The notes beneath the pieces were generated by a model. It had not been told where the DNA came from and searched no databases. It was given only the letters and a program-made list of their open reading frames with translations. A stretch of 56,779 nt of DNA from Calcarisporiella thermophila CBS 279.70 (Eukaryota; Fungi; Calcarisporiellomycota): positions 235,085 through 291,863 of the forward strand of contig NW_027192219.1 in NCBI RefSeq assembly GCF_041956535.1, in the 5' to 3' direction. Position 1 is the first letter of the stretch, and each line of letters opens with the position of its first letter. The position numbers and the translations under genes were made by a program. Below, in pieces: positions 37,685 through 49,803 of the stretch.

Positions 37685-37918
37685 TCCCTTTCTGTTGTAT
37701 ATCGACCGAAAAAAGAATATTCATTCAATATCTTTTGATTAAGCAGTTACGCAAGCATGTATTATTCAGCTATTACAAAACAGAAATCCGAAAGACCTGG
37801 AAGATTGTTCATCAAGAGTCGCGTTCGGTTTTCGAGATCTGCCAGATATATAAAGCAAAAGAATTCTTGTTTGATCCTACATCATACAAAGCATCCTTAA
37901 CCAAATCGAAATATTCCA

Positions 37919-38569
37919 ATGTCTAATTCTTCTTTCGAACTTCAATTCTTTGGCCCTCACGGTCGCAACTCCATTACTCGTGCAATTCTCAGCTACGCTG
38001 GTGTAAACTGGAAAGATCGCGACGTTGGATACCCTGAAGAGTGGCTGGCCTTAAAGGAAACCGCACCATATGGGCATCTACCGGTCCTCTACGAGCACAA
38101 GTCCGATGGGACTACATTTGTTCTGTCTGAAACCAGCGCCATTAATCAGTATCTAGCGAGCAAGTTTGGTTTGATCGGCAGTAACGAAGAGGAAACGGCT
38201 CGGATAACCGCTATTTCCAGCCATCTTGATAATATACTGAATGCTGCTGTTACTCATGTATTTGCCGCTGAAGCCGGTTTGGATCCGATTAAAACAAAGG
38301 AGGCGTTAGATAAGGCGATCAGGCATAATGTCAAATATCATGAGCGGTTGTTGGCAGAAAATGGTGGAAACGGGTTCTATGTCGGTAACAAGCTCAGCTA
38401 TGTAGATATCTTCGCGGCTGTCTTGTATAGCAATTCACGAGAGTTCAACGTATTCAAAGATGTCCCGAAGGAACAAATTCCACTATTCACTAAAGTTGTT
38501 GAGAATGTTTATAATGAACCAAGACTGAAGGAGTTTTGGAGCGAGCTTATTGAGAAGCTAAAGGAATAA
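37919..38569 (+). CDS. glutathione S-transferase (sigma-like fold), intronless
   Basis: EEWLALKETAPYGHLPVL, LSETSAINQYLASKFGL, GFYVGNKLSYVDI. Confidence 0.93.
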   Translation: MSNSSFELQFFGPHGRNSITRAILSYAGVNWKDRDVGYPEEWLALKETAPYGHLPVLYEHKSDGTTFVLSETSAINQYLASKFGLIGSNEEETARITAISSHLDNILNAAVTHVFAAEAGLDPIKTKEALDKAIRHNVKYHERLLAENGGNGFYVGNKLSYVDIFAAVLYSNSREFNVFKDVPKEQIPLFTKVVENVYNEPRLKEFWSELIEKLKE

Positions 38570-39144
38570 TCATCCTTACAATTGTGTGATTTCGCGCTGG
38601 TAAACTGGTTATTATATTGAAATTTCTCAAGATATCATAATTCATTTAGGATTTTTCTGCAATAAACATTTTCAATTTGAAGCTATTGAGTTATCGAATT
38701 TCCAAAAAATAAATAGGTATTTAAAATAGGAAACAATAGCAACAAAATACCACGAAATACCATATCAACTAATCTATGCCCAAGTTTAATCAAAAGCAAA
38801 AAAAAAAGAAAGAGTAAAAGAAATAAGATGTTTTTATATGTGCAAGTTTATTTAGCTACCTGGCAATTTTAATCCTCTTTCAAAAAGATTTTTGATACCC
38901 ATTCTGCTTGATTAGTGTTGTTAAATTCAATTCAAGTCGAGCTATTCAAAGCACAAAGCATTTAAAGAGCAGAAACTAGCGTCAAACACTACTATGGCTG
39001 TGCAATATCAATGGCATTATATTTTATTTCTGAGTATTCCAAAAATGAATATCGTATCTATGCTTACTATTTTTATATATTTCGAATATCAGATCATTTG
39101 CGGCTTATCAACTTAGAAGTTGTCTTTTTGAGAACGAATATTAA

Positions 39145-40479
39145 ATGGCAGACAATACCCCAACCCGTGCCCCATGGACACGCCAAGCTCAACCTGCTTC
39201 AGCAGGAGCGTCCTCAGCTCCATTTATGGGCTCTCTGCCTATTCCTACAACGAAATCCTTAGCTATTTCTTCAAATCAAAATTTTGTTACCCCCATTAAG
39301 CGCATCTACAATGAGAGTGATCTCTCATTTTTTCTACAATCAGAGGCATATACACGTTACATGGCATTTGTCCGAGTACTGAATGATAGCGTTGTGAACA
39401 AGAAAATTGATGATGTTTGTGAAGAAAGCGAGGTTTGCATTATACCAATATTCGTGCTTTCGAGTATTGAACCCTATATAGGATTGACGAGATAGATTTG
39501 AGTAGGCGACTAGGAATATCATAGCTATGCTTGAAGAGTTGAACACGTGGATAGACGAGATACCTCCTCTACAGACATCACAGCGCTTTGGCAATAAGGC
39601 TTTTCGCGATTGGGTGGGCCGTTTGGAGCAGGTAATTTCAAAGTGAACCTATCGTGTAGTTAACTTTTCACTAATTCATATCATTTTTTAATTCATAGAA
39701 TGCAGACCGCTTAATAAGAAACATTCTACCACAAAATCTCCATTCTGCTATTCATGAACTCTCACCCTATCTTGCTGTTTCTTTTGGAAACCCTACTCGC
39801 ATCGACTATGGGAGCGGCCATGAACTTTCCTTTGCCGCTTTTTTATGTGCTCTTGCACAGCTATCCGTCTTAGAGCCAAAGGATTATACCGCTATTGTTC
39901 TTCGGATTTTCGTGAAATATTTAGAAGTAGTTCGACGATTGCAAAGAGTATATCTGCTGGAGCCGGCTGGCAGCCATGGAGTGTGGGGACTTGATGATTA
40001 TCAATTCTTACCCTACGTGTGGGGTAGTGCGCAGCTAAGAGGTAGGTATTTTTTTTGTGCCGTTTACCCTGCTGAGGACTTATAGTAGCCTTGTGCTTAT
40101 CAAGACCATTCTCGCCTTAAGCCAAGTGCCGTGTTAAAAGGAGACTATGTGGATGAACTTGCACCCAATTACCTGTACTTCCGCTGCATACAGTTCATTA
40201 ACGAAGTATATAGATTTATATATCATAGTTTTCTCTCCCCTCCTAATAATGGTTCTACTATGCTCATTTCAGGTGAAGCGCGGCCCCTTCCACGAGCATT
40301 CGCCTATGCTTTATGATATTAGCGGAGTACCTACGTGGGTAAAAGTAAACTCTGGAATGCTGAAGATGTACGTGGCCGAGGTTTTGGGAAAGTTTCCTGT
40401 GGTTCAACACTTTGTATTTGGCACTTTCTTCCCTTGGGAAAAGTCTGAAGCCGTTTCTCAACCGGCTCACCCTTTGTAG
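39145..40479 (+). CDS. PTPA: PP2A phosphatase activator PTPA (Rrd1/Rrd2 family), multi-exon
   Basis: [82 protein letters not shown]. Confidence 0.96.
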
Positions 40480-40727
40480 CAATAGCTTGATTTTATACAT
40501 GCTGCTGAAATTTCATAATATAATGATCTTCTCTTCAGTTATATATATGCAAGCGAAACATAGAGACAAAAAGAAAAGCAAAAAAAAAAAAAGAGAAGAG
40601 AACAATAAAAAACAAATTGAAGAATATGATTATAAACTTTCTCCATTGTTTTTTACCTTCGTCCTCAAAAAAAAAAAGAGAATAAACGCATTTCCTTATT
40701 CATATCCCAGTTAAAATCATGATCCCA

Positions 40728-42382
40728 TTATTCCTTTTCATCCTCATCCTCATCGTCCTCTTCCTCCGCATTCTTCAACCATTGAAGCAGTGGCTCCATC
40801 TGTTTGAGGAAGACAGTCTTCCCTTGGGGCTTGGCTCCCTTCTCCGCCCAATAGAGGATTGCTCCCTCGGAGAGTACATCATGCTTGTAGAGCAGTTGAA
40901 CAAGGGCCCTGAAGGCTTTGAGAAGTTTTGCATCCTCGTAGCACCAGATCTGCACTTTTTGAAGCAGCAGGAGTTCTGTGCGCGAAGTTGTGCTCACTTC
41001 AGCCAATGCTCCAGCCCATTTGTTGATCTGGTTCTTAGCTTGCGATTCAACAAGCTCAGGGCGATTCGACCAGTCGACTGAGGTCATCAGTGCTTCCCAA
41101 AAGAGTTGAGCAACTTCATGCTCGGGAAGGTTCGACTCCTTAATCTGTTGCTTAGCATATGAAGCAACCTATTGTGGAGAGGGAAAATAGCACAAACAAA
41201 GAGCGATACAAAGGGGAGATATGTCAGTAAAAGTATATATAGGAGCATGAAAGGGCTAACTTACCCCCTGTGGAGTGGCATCTTCATCCGAAATCATTTC
41301 TCGGAGCTGCTCAAGGAATCGCTCCTTTCGTTCGTTCAGCTGCTTCTTGTTGTGATAATCAACCAGTGGACGAAGGTCGGATGCCTCGAAGTAGCGAGTG
41401 AAGTATTCACTGTTGCGCTTGTTGGGAGGGAAAAATTCAAGCAGACGACCTTCAATTCCGCCCTTGGTGAGTGCAGAGCCAAGCTGGTCAATTGACTGAT
41501 CCGTGAGGAAAGTCTTAAAAACCACCGTTACAAGCCGAAGCGAATAGCCTGATAATTAAGAAAAATAAAAGTCAGCATTTCGAAAACATTCTGTATCTAA
41601 TTCATTAGTTCAATACAATGACACTTTACCATCTTTCAACAGATGATCTTTGAACAACACAGCCAATACTTCGGCACTCACCAGCCCTACGCTAATAAAG
41701 AGGGCAGTTGCAATTCCGAGCTTAACATTCTCTGCCTCACTCCATCGATTCACAAGCTGAAGGACGTGCTTCAATGTCTCTGTCAGAGCTTTTTGCAGGT
41801 ATTTATACCGCCTAATAGTCTTTCGAATCACTTCCACATGGCCCTTAATTGCGCTCTCTTCCGCGGCGAAAATGCAGTAAGGGCTACGTGTCTCTGGATC
41901 AAGAATATCTCCTCCGGGACCAATGACCCCGCCCGTAATGAGTACTTCAAAGAAAGTGTCACCGTACTTGCGATAGTCGAGTTCGTTTCCAGCTGCGTCA
42001 AGTTTTTGCGAAAGATCGTCAAGATCTTCGGGTTTAGATGAGTTTATTACTTCCAATAAATTATCCCTGAAGACTAGATAATAATAGAGATGGGAATTAG
42101 TATGGCTATTGATCAAGATTAAAGAAAATTTCTATTTACTTTCAGGTTCGTATTTTGCCTGCGCTTTCGCAGCACTCTAATTGAGAGCATTTGAATAAGC
42201 AGAGAAATAAGAGAAGGGCTGAAGCGCTAATGCAGCAAATATAGTTACCTTGCGTTGTTTTACTTGAAAACCATGTAGACCTGATTTAGGTGGAGAAAAA
42301 TCATTAGAGAATTGGAGAGAGATGATGATAACAATAACAACTTACCAGGCCGTTGGCTGGAGGAGATTTGAGAAGAATTCAT
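40728..42382 (-). CDS. BZW: eIF5-mimic protein BZW/5MP (W2 domain), multi-exon
   Basis: KQRK...KYEP, LDYRKYGDTFFEVLITGG, RLLEFFPPNKR, C-terminal W2 DVLSEGAILYW...FLKQMEPLLQWLKNAEEE. Confidence 0.93.
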
Positions 42383-43804
42383 TTAAAAATTAAAAGCAAA
42401 AAACTACGTACAGCAACAACTAACAAGTTAAATTGCTCTCTTTCTTCAGAAAAATATTTTCTTTTATATGTTTGTTTGTTTTATCAATTGTTAAATTGCA
42501 ACAATAAAACGTTAAAGGAGGGAGTGAGAAACGAGGCGATACGAGATATCATTTGTGCTGAATAAGCCACATTTTTTAACAAAAAATGGCTGCGATTAAG
42601 ACGAGAGATATGCACTGGGATTCTGTAGAATAGTTAGCCCCAAGGAAATTTGGAGGACATGCCTTAGAATAACCGCACGAATGGTTGGCCTTTGGGGCGA
42701 GAAATAAAAAACCTGACGTAGTGTAGTAGCAATAAAACATTAGACGCTCGTACAACTTTATACTTGGCTTCCACCACACTAGTAATAACTGGCTGTATGA
42801 TTATGTTTATCGATGGTTGCTAGTTGTATTGTAGGGTCTTATTCAAGGAATAGAGGTTTATCATAGTTTAATCTTCTCCTAGTACACTTTCAGTTGCTTA
42901 TAGCTCAAGGATATTGGAGTATTTGAAAACAAATGTAACAGCGTTTTTTTTTCAAGTATCTACTCGCATGCATATGAATCAGATCAATACTAAAACTAAT
43001 CTATCATTCTCTATTCACATGTGTTTATTCGTAGCATCTTAAACCAGATGATCCAGTTTTTTCACAGATAATACCTGATGAAAACTCTTTTATCCATAGC
43101 TGGATTGCGATAGAAAGATCATATCTTTCTTTACACACTGTTTTGAAACCAATGTTTATCTTGTGTTGCGTTGAATTCAGTTATATCTCATCCAATCCCA
43201 CCATGCCCAAAATTAAATTGCCTGCTTTTTTCAGTATTACGCAGACCACTCCTTATTCGGTTACGCGCTCTAATTTATTGAAGATTCACGCGTTTTGTTC
43301 TTTCCGAGCTCCAATGTTCATTTCCAAGACTAAGCTCGAGAATGCTCTACTTATTATCCTTAATATTCTCAATAGCTTACTTTACCTTGGGACAGTGTCA
43401 GCGGCTATATTGAATTGTACGTCGAGTGGAGGTTTTCAAATCATAGTATATATTTACACATGGTAATGGATATAGTGGTGAGCTAAAATATGGAGGTGAT
43501 AATTAACACAATCAAACGCGTATATATGTAGTGTGATATGTAGCGTACTTCTATTGAATGAACTTAAATCACTTGCTATTGCTCAAGAATATTTTAGATT
43601 TTTAAGCGAATTTCGAGGGCAAGGCTTCGTTTTTATATTGTGAGAACATAATCTGCTTCACCATTCGCTTCTATTTCTAATTACCGATATATTAGTATTG
43701 GTTGTGCAGTCTCCAATTCCCATCCTTTCAGCTTCACCGTTTCTCTTCTTAATGTCTGCACAGGACTCGCCTATATTATTCTTTCCTATACTCCACATAC
43801 TCTC

Positions 43805-44218
43805 ATGGTAAATTCACTTCGACTGAATCTTCAGAACTGGTCCGATTTCTCTTCTGAAGGCCTAGATCTTCCGAGGCCTGTGTACACGGCCGAGGAAAGT
43901 GCAGCTGCTGTGATCTTGCGGGACTCAAGAAGAGTCACACCGGCATCTGTCGGTTTAAAAAAGAATAATTCATCGGCTATATTGAATGGTGGTGGGAGAA
44001 AAACTACATCCGCGAATGCAAGAGCTATGACACCGATTGGTCCTCGGGTGATGTCTCCTTTAGGTACAAGGACAATGTCGCCAAAGATTTCGAATACTCG
44101 GCGCTTCGACCCCACTGAGTTTGAGGCGGCGGTAATGGAGGGTTTTCGCAACGCATCCTATACAATGAACCGCTCAATACAAGAGGAATATGTAGTTCCT
44201 TCTCATTTACAACGTTGA
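43805..44218 (+). CDS. hypothetical 137-aa protein with three short M[ST]P repeats
   Basis: ATG-initiated ORF with coding-like composition in AT-rich surroundings. Confidence 0.55.
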   Translation: MVNSLRLNLQNWSDFSSEGLDLPRPVYTAEESAAAVILRDSRRVTPASVGLKKNNSSAILNGGGRKTTSANARAMTPIGPRVMSPLGTRTMSPKISNTRRFDPTEFEAAVMEGFRNASYTMNRSIQEEYVVPSHLQR

Positions 44219-44625
44219 ATCTCGAATATTTATGCACCAACTCACATGTGATTTTTTCATTTGTATATAGTTTTTTGTTTTTATTCAATTCATAACTATA
44301 GGAAATATATGTGATCGAAGTACATATTCATATCACTTCGATCTACTCGATATCAACGATATTCTACTGTATATTTTTGGGCAAAATATTCTCAGAACTC
44401 TGTTGATATAGGATGTATTATATCATTTAGTTATGAACTAAAACTATCTGATATCGATATTACGAGTTCTCATAGCAAAATGTTGAATCGTTTTGGATTG
44501 AGAGGGTAGAAAGGAAAGTAGGGGAGAATGGGTAAAATATATTAACAACGACATAAACATCTTATAAATGGTTTAGGTTAAGTAGTTGAACCTCCAAGTC
44601 ATACACATTATATTGAATAGATACA

Positions 44626-45918
44626 TTATGCTGTGTATGCCCATGCAGGAAATCCAGGGGGCATCGTTTTTTCCAGGCCATCATTCTCTGGAGGCGGTGG
44701 TAATCTTAATCTCTCTAGTGTATCTGGCGCCATTTCATCCAGTGCTCTAAGTATCTTTGCTGCCTCCTCGCTTCGATTTATCACCCGCCGTTTCTTTAAT
44801 GGGCTTCGGTGATTCTCTCCTTCAATCTCGTTATTTTCTTCGTCAGTGACTTCAGGGCTCTGAGCACGAACATCGAGCAGCTGGCGAATCTCTTCAATAG
44901 GCCGCAGGATACCATCAAGCCCTTCCCGTTCGATGCGTTCGATGTTTTGCTCGAGTACCTCTTTCCTTCTTTCTGATTTCTAAAGGGTGGGGTGAAGAAA
45001 TCAGCGTCCAAAGGTTCGTACCAATCAACAATAGTCATCTACTCACCAAATGTAGCCGTGTATTTCGACGTTTTCTTACCGTGTCTTTTAAGCGCTTCTC
45101 GTCAGGTTTTAATTTTTCCCTTCTTCGATTTGTAAAAAGTTTTTCCAAGGCAGCCATTACTTCACGACGGGTTGCACCGTAAGGAGGAGAAGGAGGTTGC
45201 GCCATTATGAGATCGCAGAACTCATCGAGAACACGCTGATTTGTGGGATGGGTCAAAGGTTCGGAGTAATTCCATTCAAGTGCTTCATTCTGATCCCCCG
45301 TGGCAGGCATTAACCTTGATTTCTTTTCAAATTCAATAAGCTTACTTCTGACATGATGCTAATAAAAAAAATATGGGTACAAGAGCGTTAATCAATAATT
45401 TTGCTACTCCAGTTTTAATCCACACCATCATTTACCTGGATTGATTTTGTTCTGTTTTTTGTCTCCGACTCAATTATCCCTAGCTTTAAATCACGCGATG
45501 TTGGAGTCGAGTGCTGCTGCAACAGTTGCTGGAAGCTAGCACTGAAAAGTCCAGCAGTAGATGGAGAAGTTTTCAGTTGCATTCCCAAGGCGGCTGAACC
45601 AGCTACATCATTTTGCGATCCTCCCCCGCCGACTCCATCGCCATTTCCTACAATCGATGTTGCAGATGCCTCTCCATCCCCAATTCTCATACCAATCACC
45701 TCTCGCAGTACCCGGACTGCCTCTCTGTTCTGCCGCTCAATTTCCGGTATCCGCGCAACCAATCCCCGGAGCTCCTCTATTTCTTCTTTTTGACGCTGAA
45801 CTATCGTTCGTAACTGCTCGAGTTCATCTTGCTGTTGACGTACCGTATCTCGTAGTTGTGTATATGAATTGTCAAGGAACTTGGAGAGATTGTCGAAATT
45901 AAAGGAGGGTGAAACCAT
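44626..45918 (-). CDS. hypothetical protein with N-terminal coiled coil and basic helical C-terminal domain, 3 exons
   Basis: GT-AG introns join ORFs 45415-45918 and 45035-45310 to a last exon KIRRRKEVL...SPEVTDEE...RSEEAAKILRALDE...PPGFPAWAYTA*. Confidence 0.75.
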
Positions 45919-46244
45919 AAATAAAATGTTCGTTGGTAGACAAGAGTAGCAATTATGGATTTATTTAATAATTCTAATAATGCTATACTGAAATCTGTCA
46001 AAGGACGACGTATAAGTGGGATAACTGATAAGTGTGGATAAGGACAAAGAAGTATTCGCAGATTTTGTACAAAAGGAACAAAAATATCCTCCCTAGGTTA
46101 GGTTAGATTACGACTAGATAAAATTCTTAGGTTTTAATTAAATTTGTTTGAAATATTATAGAAGTAAATAAACATTTTTATAACAGATCTTATTGAAGGC
46201 ACCCCAACCCATCTCTAAAACCATAGTTTTGCAGAACTACAAGT

Positions 46245-47307
46245 TTATTTGTTTCCCTTCTCCTCGTCCAGTATTGGCTTCTCGTTCACCTTCCCGTAGA
46301 TCCGCCACGTTGATTCTGGATCAGAGATCACGCGTTGAAATACGATATACTCGAGTAACTCTTTCGGGGCGTTAGGATCACCGCCAATAAGGCGCCGCTT
46401 GTCATAAACAGCCATACTCTGGAATCAAATGGCAAGGTTAAGCATGGAACTGGATTATAGAATGCTCTGGACAAGCCATCTTTAACATACTTGTTTTGTG
46501 TGCAAACGCACAATTACTTGTCCCAACGAGAAGCCTCCACGTCCATACCCTTCAGCTAAACACCGAACGCTTACGATCCGAGGCGGTTCAATGTTATCGT
46601 GAAGTTTCCAAACATAGGTACCTGCTGGGCGGTGTTTAATACTGTTCTTAAGAGTTGCATACATGCTATCAGCGCAGATTTCCTCTAGTAGTTTCTTATC
46701 ACCCCTATAAATGCGTAAAATAAAGGTTTGAAGTAGCGCCAAATAACGACCTTGAGACTGAAATTACTTTGCGAAAGCCTCATTCATAGCACCGTAGGCC
46801 CTTTCGGCGAAATTGGTGAACTCTCTCGGATTCCATTTCTCGAATTCCATTTTATGCTTTATCAACGCATTGCTATTAGTAAGGGATGATCAGTATCGGT
46901 GATAAGCTATTTTACAGTGTTAAATGGGTGACGATGCATACTAGAAAAATGTTTCCACAGAATTCCGGAAATTCCTCTTCTTTGCGTAAAACCATCGTCT
47001 AAAATCTGAAAATGGAGATGGGATCTTGTCGGGAGTATAAGGGACAAATTCCGCTATCCAGAGCAAATTTTCTCAATTAATGGCTCATTCACAATTTCTT
47101 ATAATAAAATCGAGAAAAAAATTTACCGACGACCCCAAAATCTCTTCTCACCACCGGACGCTGCTCCATCTCTCTTCTCGACGCAAAAGTGCGCTGGGGC
47201 TGCTGTAGTTGCGATACATAAGGAGTGAACGTGGGAGCAATGAACCTTGAGGTAAATGGTTGTAATCGCTGGGTATTGCGGAGTGTGTGGAGGCCAATGC
47301 GTTGCAT
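46245..47307 (-). CDS. MRPL45: mitochondrial Tim44-like domain protein mL45/Mba1, multi-exon
   Basis: Arg-rich presequence; QVIVRLHTKQ|SMAVYD...GDP..PKELLEYIVFQR......WRIYGKV. Confidence 0.85.
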
Positions 47308-48092
47308 TTTGCGGATCCTTCCTCTCGATTACTATGTTTACAGACTCGAACTTGGATCTATAAAATTTAGACTGCTACTGTGACCTCAATGTGACTATCT
47401 TTCTTCGAGTTGGATTCAACAAATTAGCGGCCGAATATGCTGTGCGATGCTGACCCGAGTAATCCGGCAGAACCGACTTATCCCCCCATTAAGCCCGAGG
47501 CCTCAATAGAGGATCTTAATTGCTCGAAGGAGAGGCCGAGTTAGCTTTGAGCTGCAAGGTATTATGCAATCGCTTCTTATCTCTATTAATCCGAAAGGGG
47601 TCCATACTATTGGCCGTGAAGCGTTCTCATTTTTGAGCCGCAAGCGCAGAAAGGTAGATATTCTTTTTGATAATTGAAGAGGAGACGGTCAGTCGGTCAG
47701 TCTGCAACCGGATATTGTGTGTATATACGATACCCAGCAAACTTGATAGAAATTTTCGAAGTTCCCCCTGAATCAATCAGAAATTAGTGTGTGCATTGTG
47801 CACGGTTTGACCAGTAAACAAATCAACTAGATTAACAAAATTAAACTTGTTACGGGCGAGAAGTTCAAAAAAAAAAAAATAGGGAAGTTTCAAACGGAAA
47901 CTTGTCATTCATCCTTTTTTTTTCCTCAACATCGACTTGTTCCCATTGTTTCTCCATCTCCACCCAGAGTAAAGCTTAGATAAATTTTTATTATATTTAT
48001 AATTTTACTTAGTTCATCCTACTACATCCTTATTTTTGTCCATTTGCTCTTTTATTTTTCAATTTTCTCTTTTTCCTCTCTAAATTTCGAAG

Positions 48093-49279
48093 ATGAGTGA
48101 CATCGCAGAGCGTATTCAGGCCGCCCGTGCTGAGGCTGAAGCCCTCAAGGACAAAATTCGGAAAAAGAAGGAATCTTTAGCGGATACTACTCTTCGTCAA
48201 CGGGCCTCTCATATTGAGGCCATCCCACGGCTTACTATGCGCAGTCGTCGTATGCTAAAAGGCCACCTTGCTAAGATCTATGCAATGCATTGGGCACTTG
48301 ATCAACATTTGGTGTCAGCATCGCAAGATGGGAAGTTGATCGTGTGGGATGCCTATACGACCCATAAAGTACATGCTATCCCATTAAGGTCAAGTTGGGT
48401 TATGACTTGTGCGTATGCCCCATCTGGGAATTTCGTTGCCAGCGGAGGCCTTGATAACGTGTGCACGATTTACTCGCTTACGCGTGAAGGAAGAATGGGG
48501 CGAGAACTTAGTGCCCATACGGGTTATTTGAGCTGCTGTCGATTCTTGAGCGACGAAAAGATACTAACAAGCTCTGGTGATATGACTTGTATGCTGTGGG
48601 ATGTGGAGCGCGGGATCAAGCTTGACGAATTCAAAGATCACACTGGTGATGTGATGAGGTATACCCTACTACTTAGCATTTTTTTGCTATTTCCCATCAT
48701 TCTCTTATGGCGCTTTTTTTTCCTGTTTAATGCACTAGTATTTCTCTTTCGCCATCCAATCCTAACGTATTCGTCTCGGGCGCCTGCGATGCGACTGCCA
48801 GGCTATGGGATCTCCGCACTCCCCCTACTTCCATACGTTCTCTCCAAACTTTTACTGGTCACGAATCTGACATCAACGCTGTTCAGTACGTACTCTAATC
48901 CCATATTTGTTTCGCACCCCTAGATTTTGCTAACAATACTATAATTGCATTAAGCTTCTTCCCTAATGGAGATGCATTCGGCACCGGGTCGGATGACGGG
49001 ACCTGTCGCCTCTTTGATTTGCGAGCAGATCGTGAACTCAACCAATACGGACATGAAAGTATAATGTGTGGCATCACTAGCGTCTCCTTTTCTGTTAGCG
49101 GACGTCTGCTATTTGCGGGCTATGACAATTTCGAATGCAATGTGTGGGATACCCTACGCGGAGATCGTGTCGGTGTGCTGCAGGGCCACGAGAATCGGAT
49201 CAGTTGTCTCGGAACAGCTGCAGATGGAATGGCTCTTTGCACTGGAAGTTGGGATACTATGCTGCGAGTGTGGGCGTAA
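48093..49279 (+). CDS. GPB1: heterotrimeric G protein beta subunit, 3 exons
   Basis: [50 protein letters not shown]. Confidence 0.97.
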
Positions 49280-49803
49280 TTACATATCCCCATTTCCTTT
49301 TTTTTAATTATATAGATATATTACTAATTAATAGATCATCTGTTTAATTATTTCTTAACTCATTGTTTTTATTATTATTCTTTTTTTTTACTCCCCTTCT
49401 TTCCCTGTTCGTTTTCTGTACCGCGGTGTGTGCTTATTACTTTTTTTTAAAAAAATATACATATATATGTTAAACGAAACAATTTTCATTCCAAATCGTC
49501 GGCCTAAAAATCGATTGCTTTGTATTATAAAAGAGGAAATAGGAGAAGGAAAAAATAAGATGATAATGAGAAGGAAAAGGAAAGATAATAATAAAAAAAA
49601 ATAAAATATAACAACCTACAGCCAAATATATGAGATCAAAAAACAACCAGGAGGAGTAAAATGAAAAAAAAAGAAAGGAATAAATTTGACAAAAAGAGAG
49701 AAAATGCCATTTTTTATATGTAAGACTTTTTTAGGGAAAAAAAAAAACATCTTAATAAAATCACTTGTAAAATAGCAAATTCCCCCCAATCAATAAAAAA
49801 AAC

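Noticed and set aside
47440-47660. Short stems (GGCCTC/GAGGCC) in the divergent MRPL45/G-beta intergenic region as an ncRNA
   Set aside because: No SRP, RNase P/MRP or snRNA consensus found; the stems are short enough to be chance.
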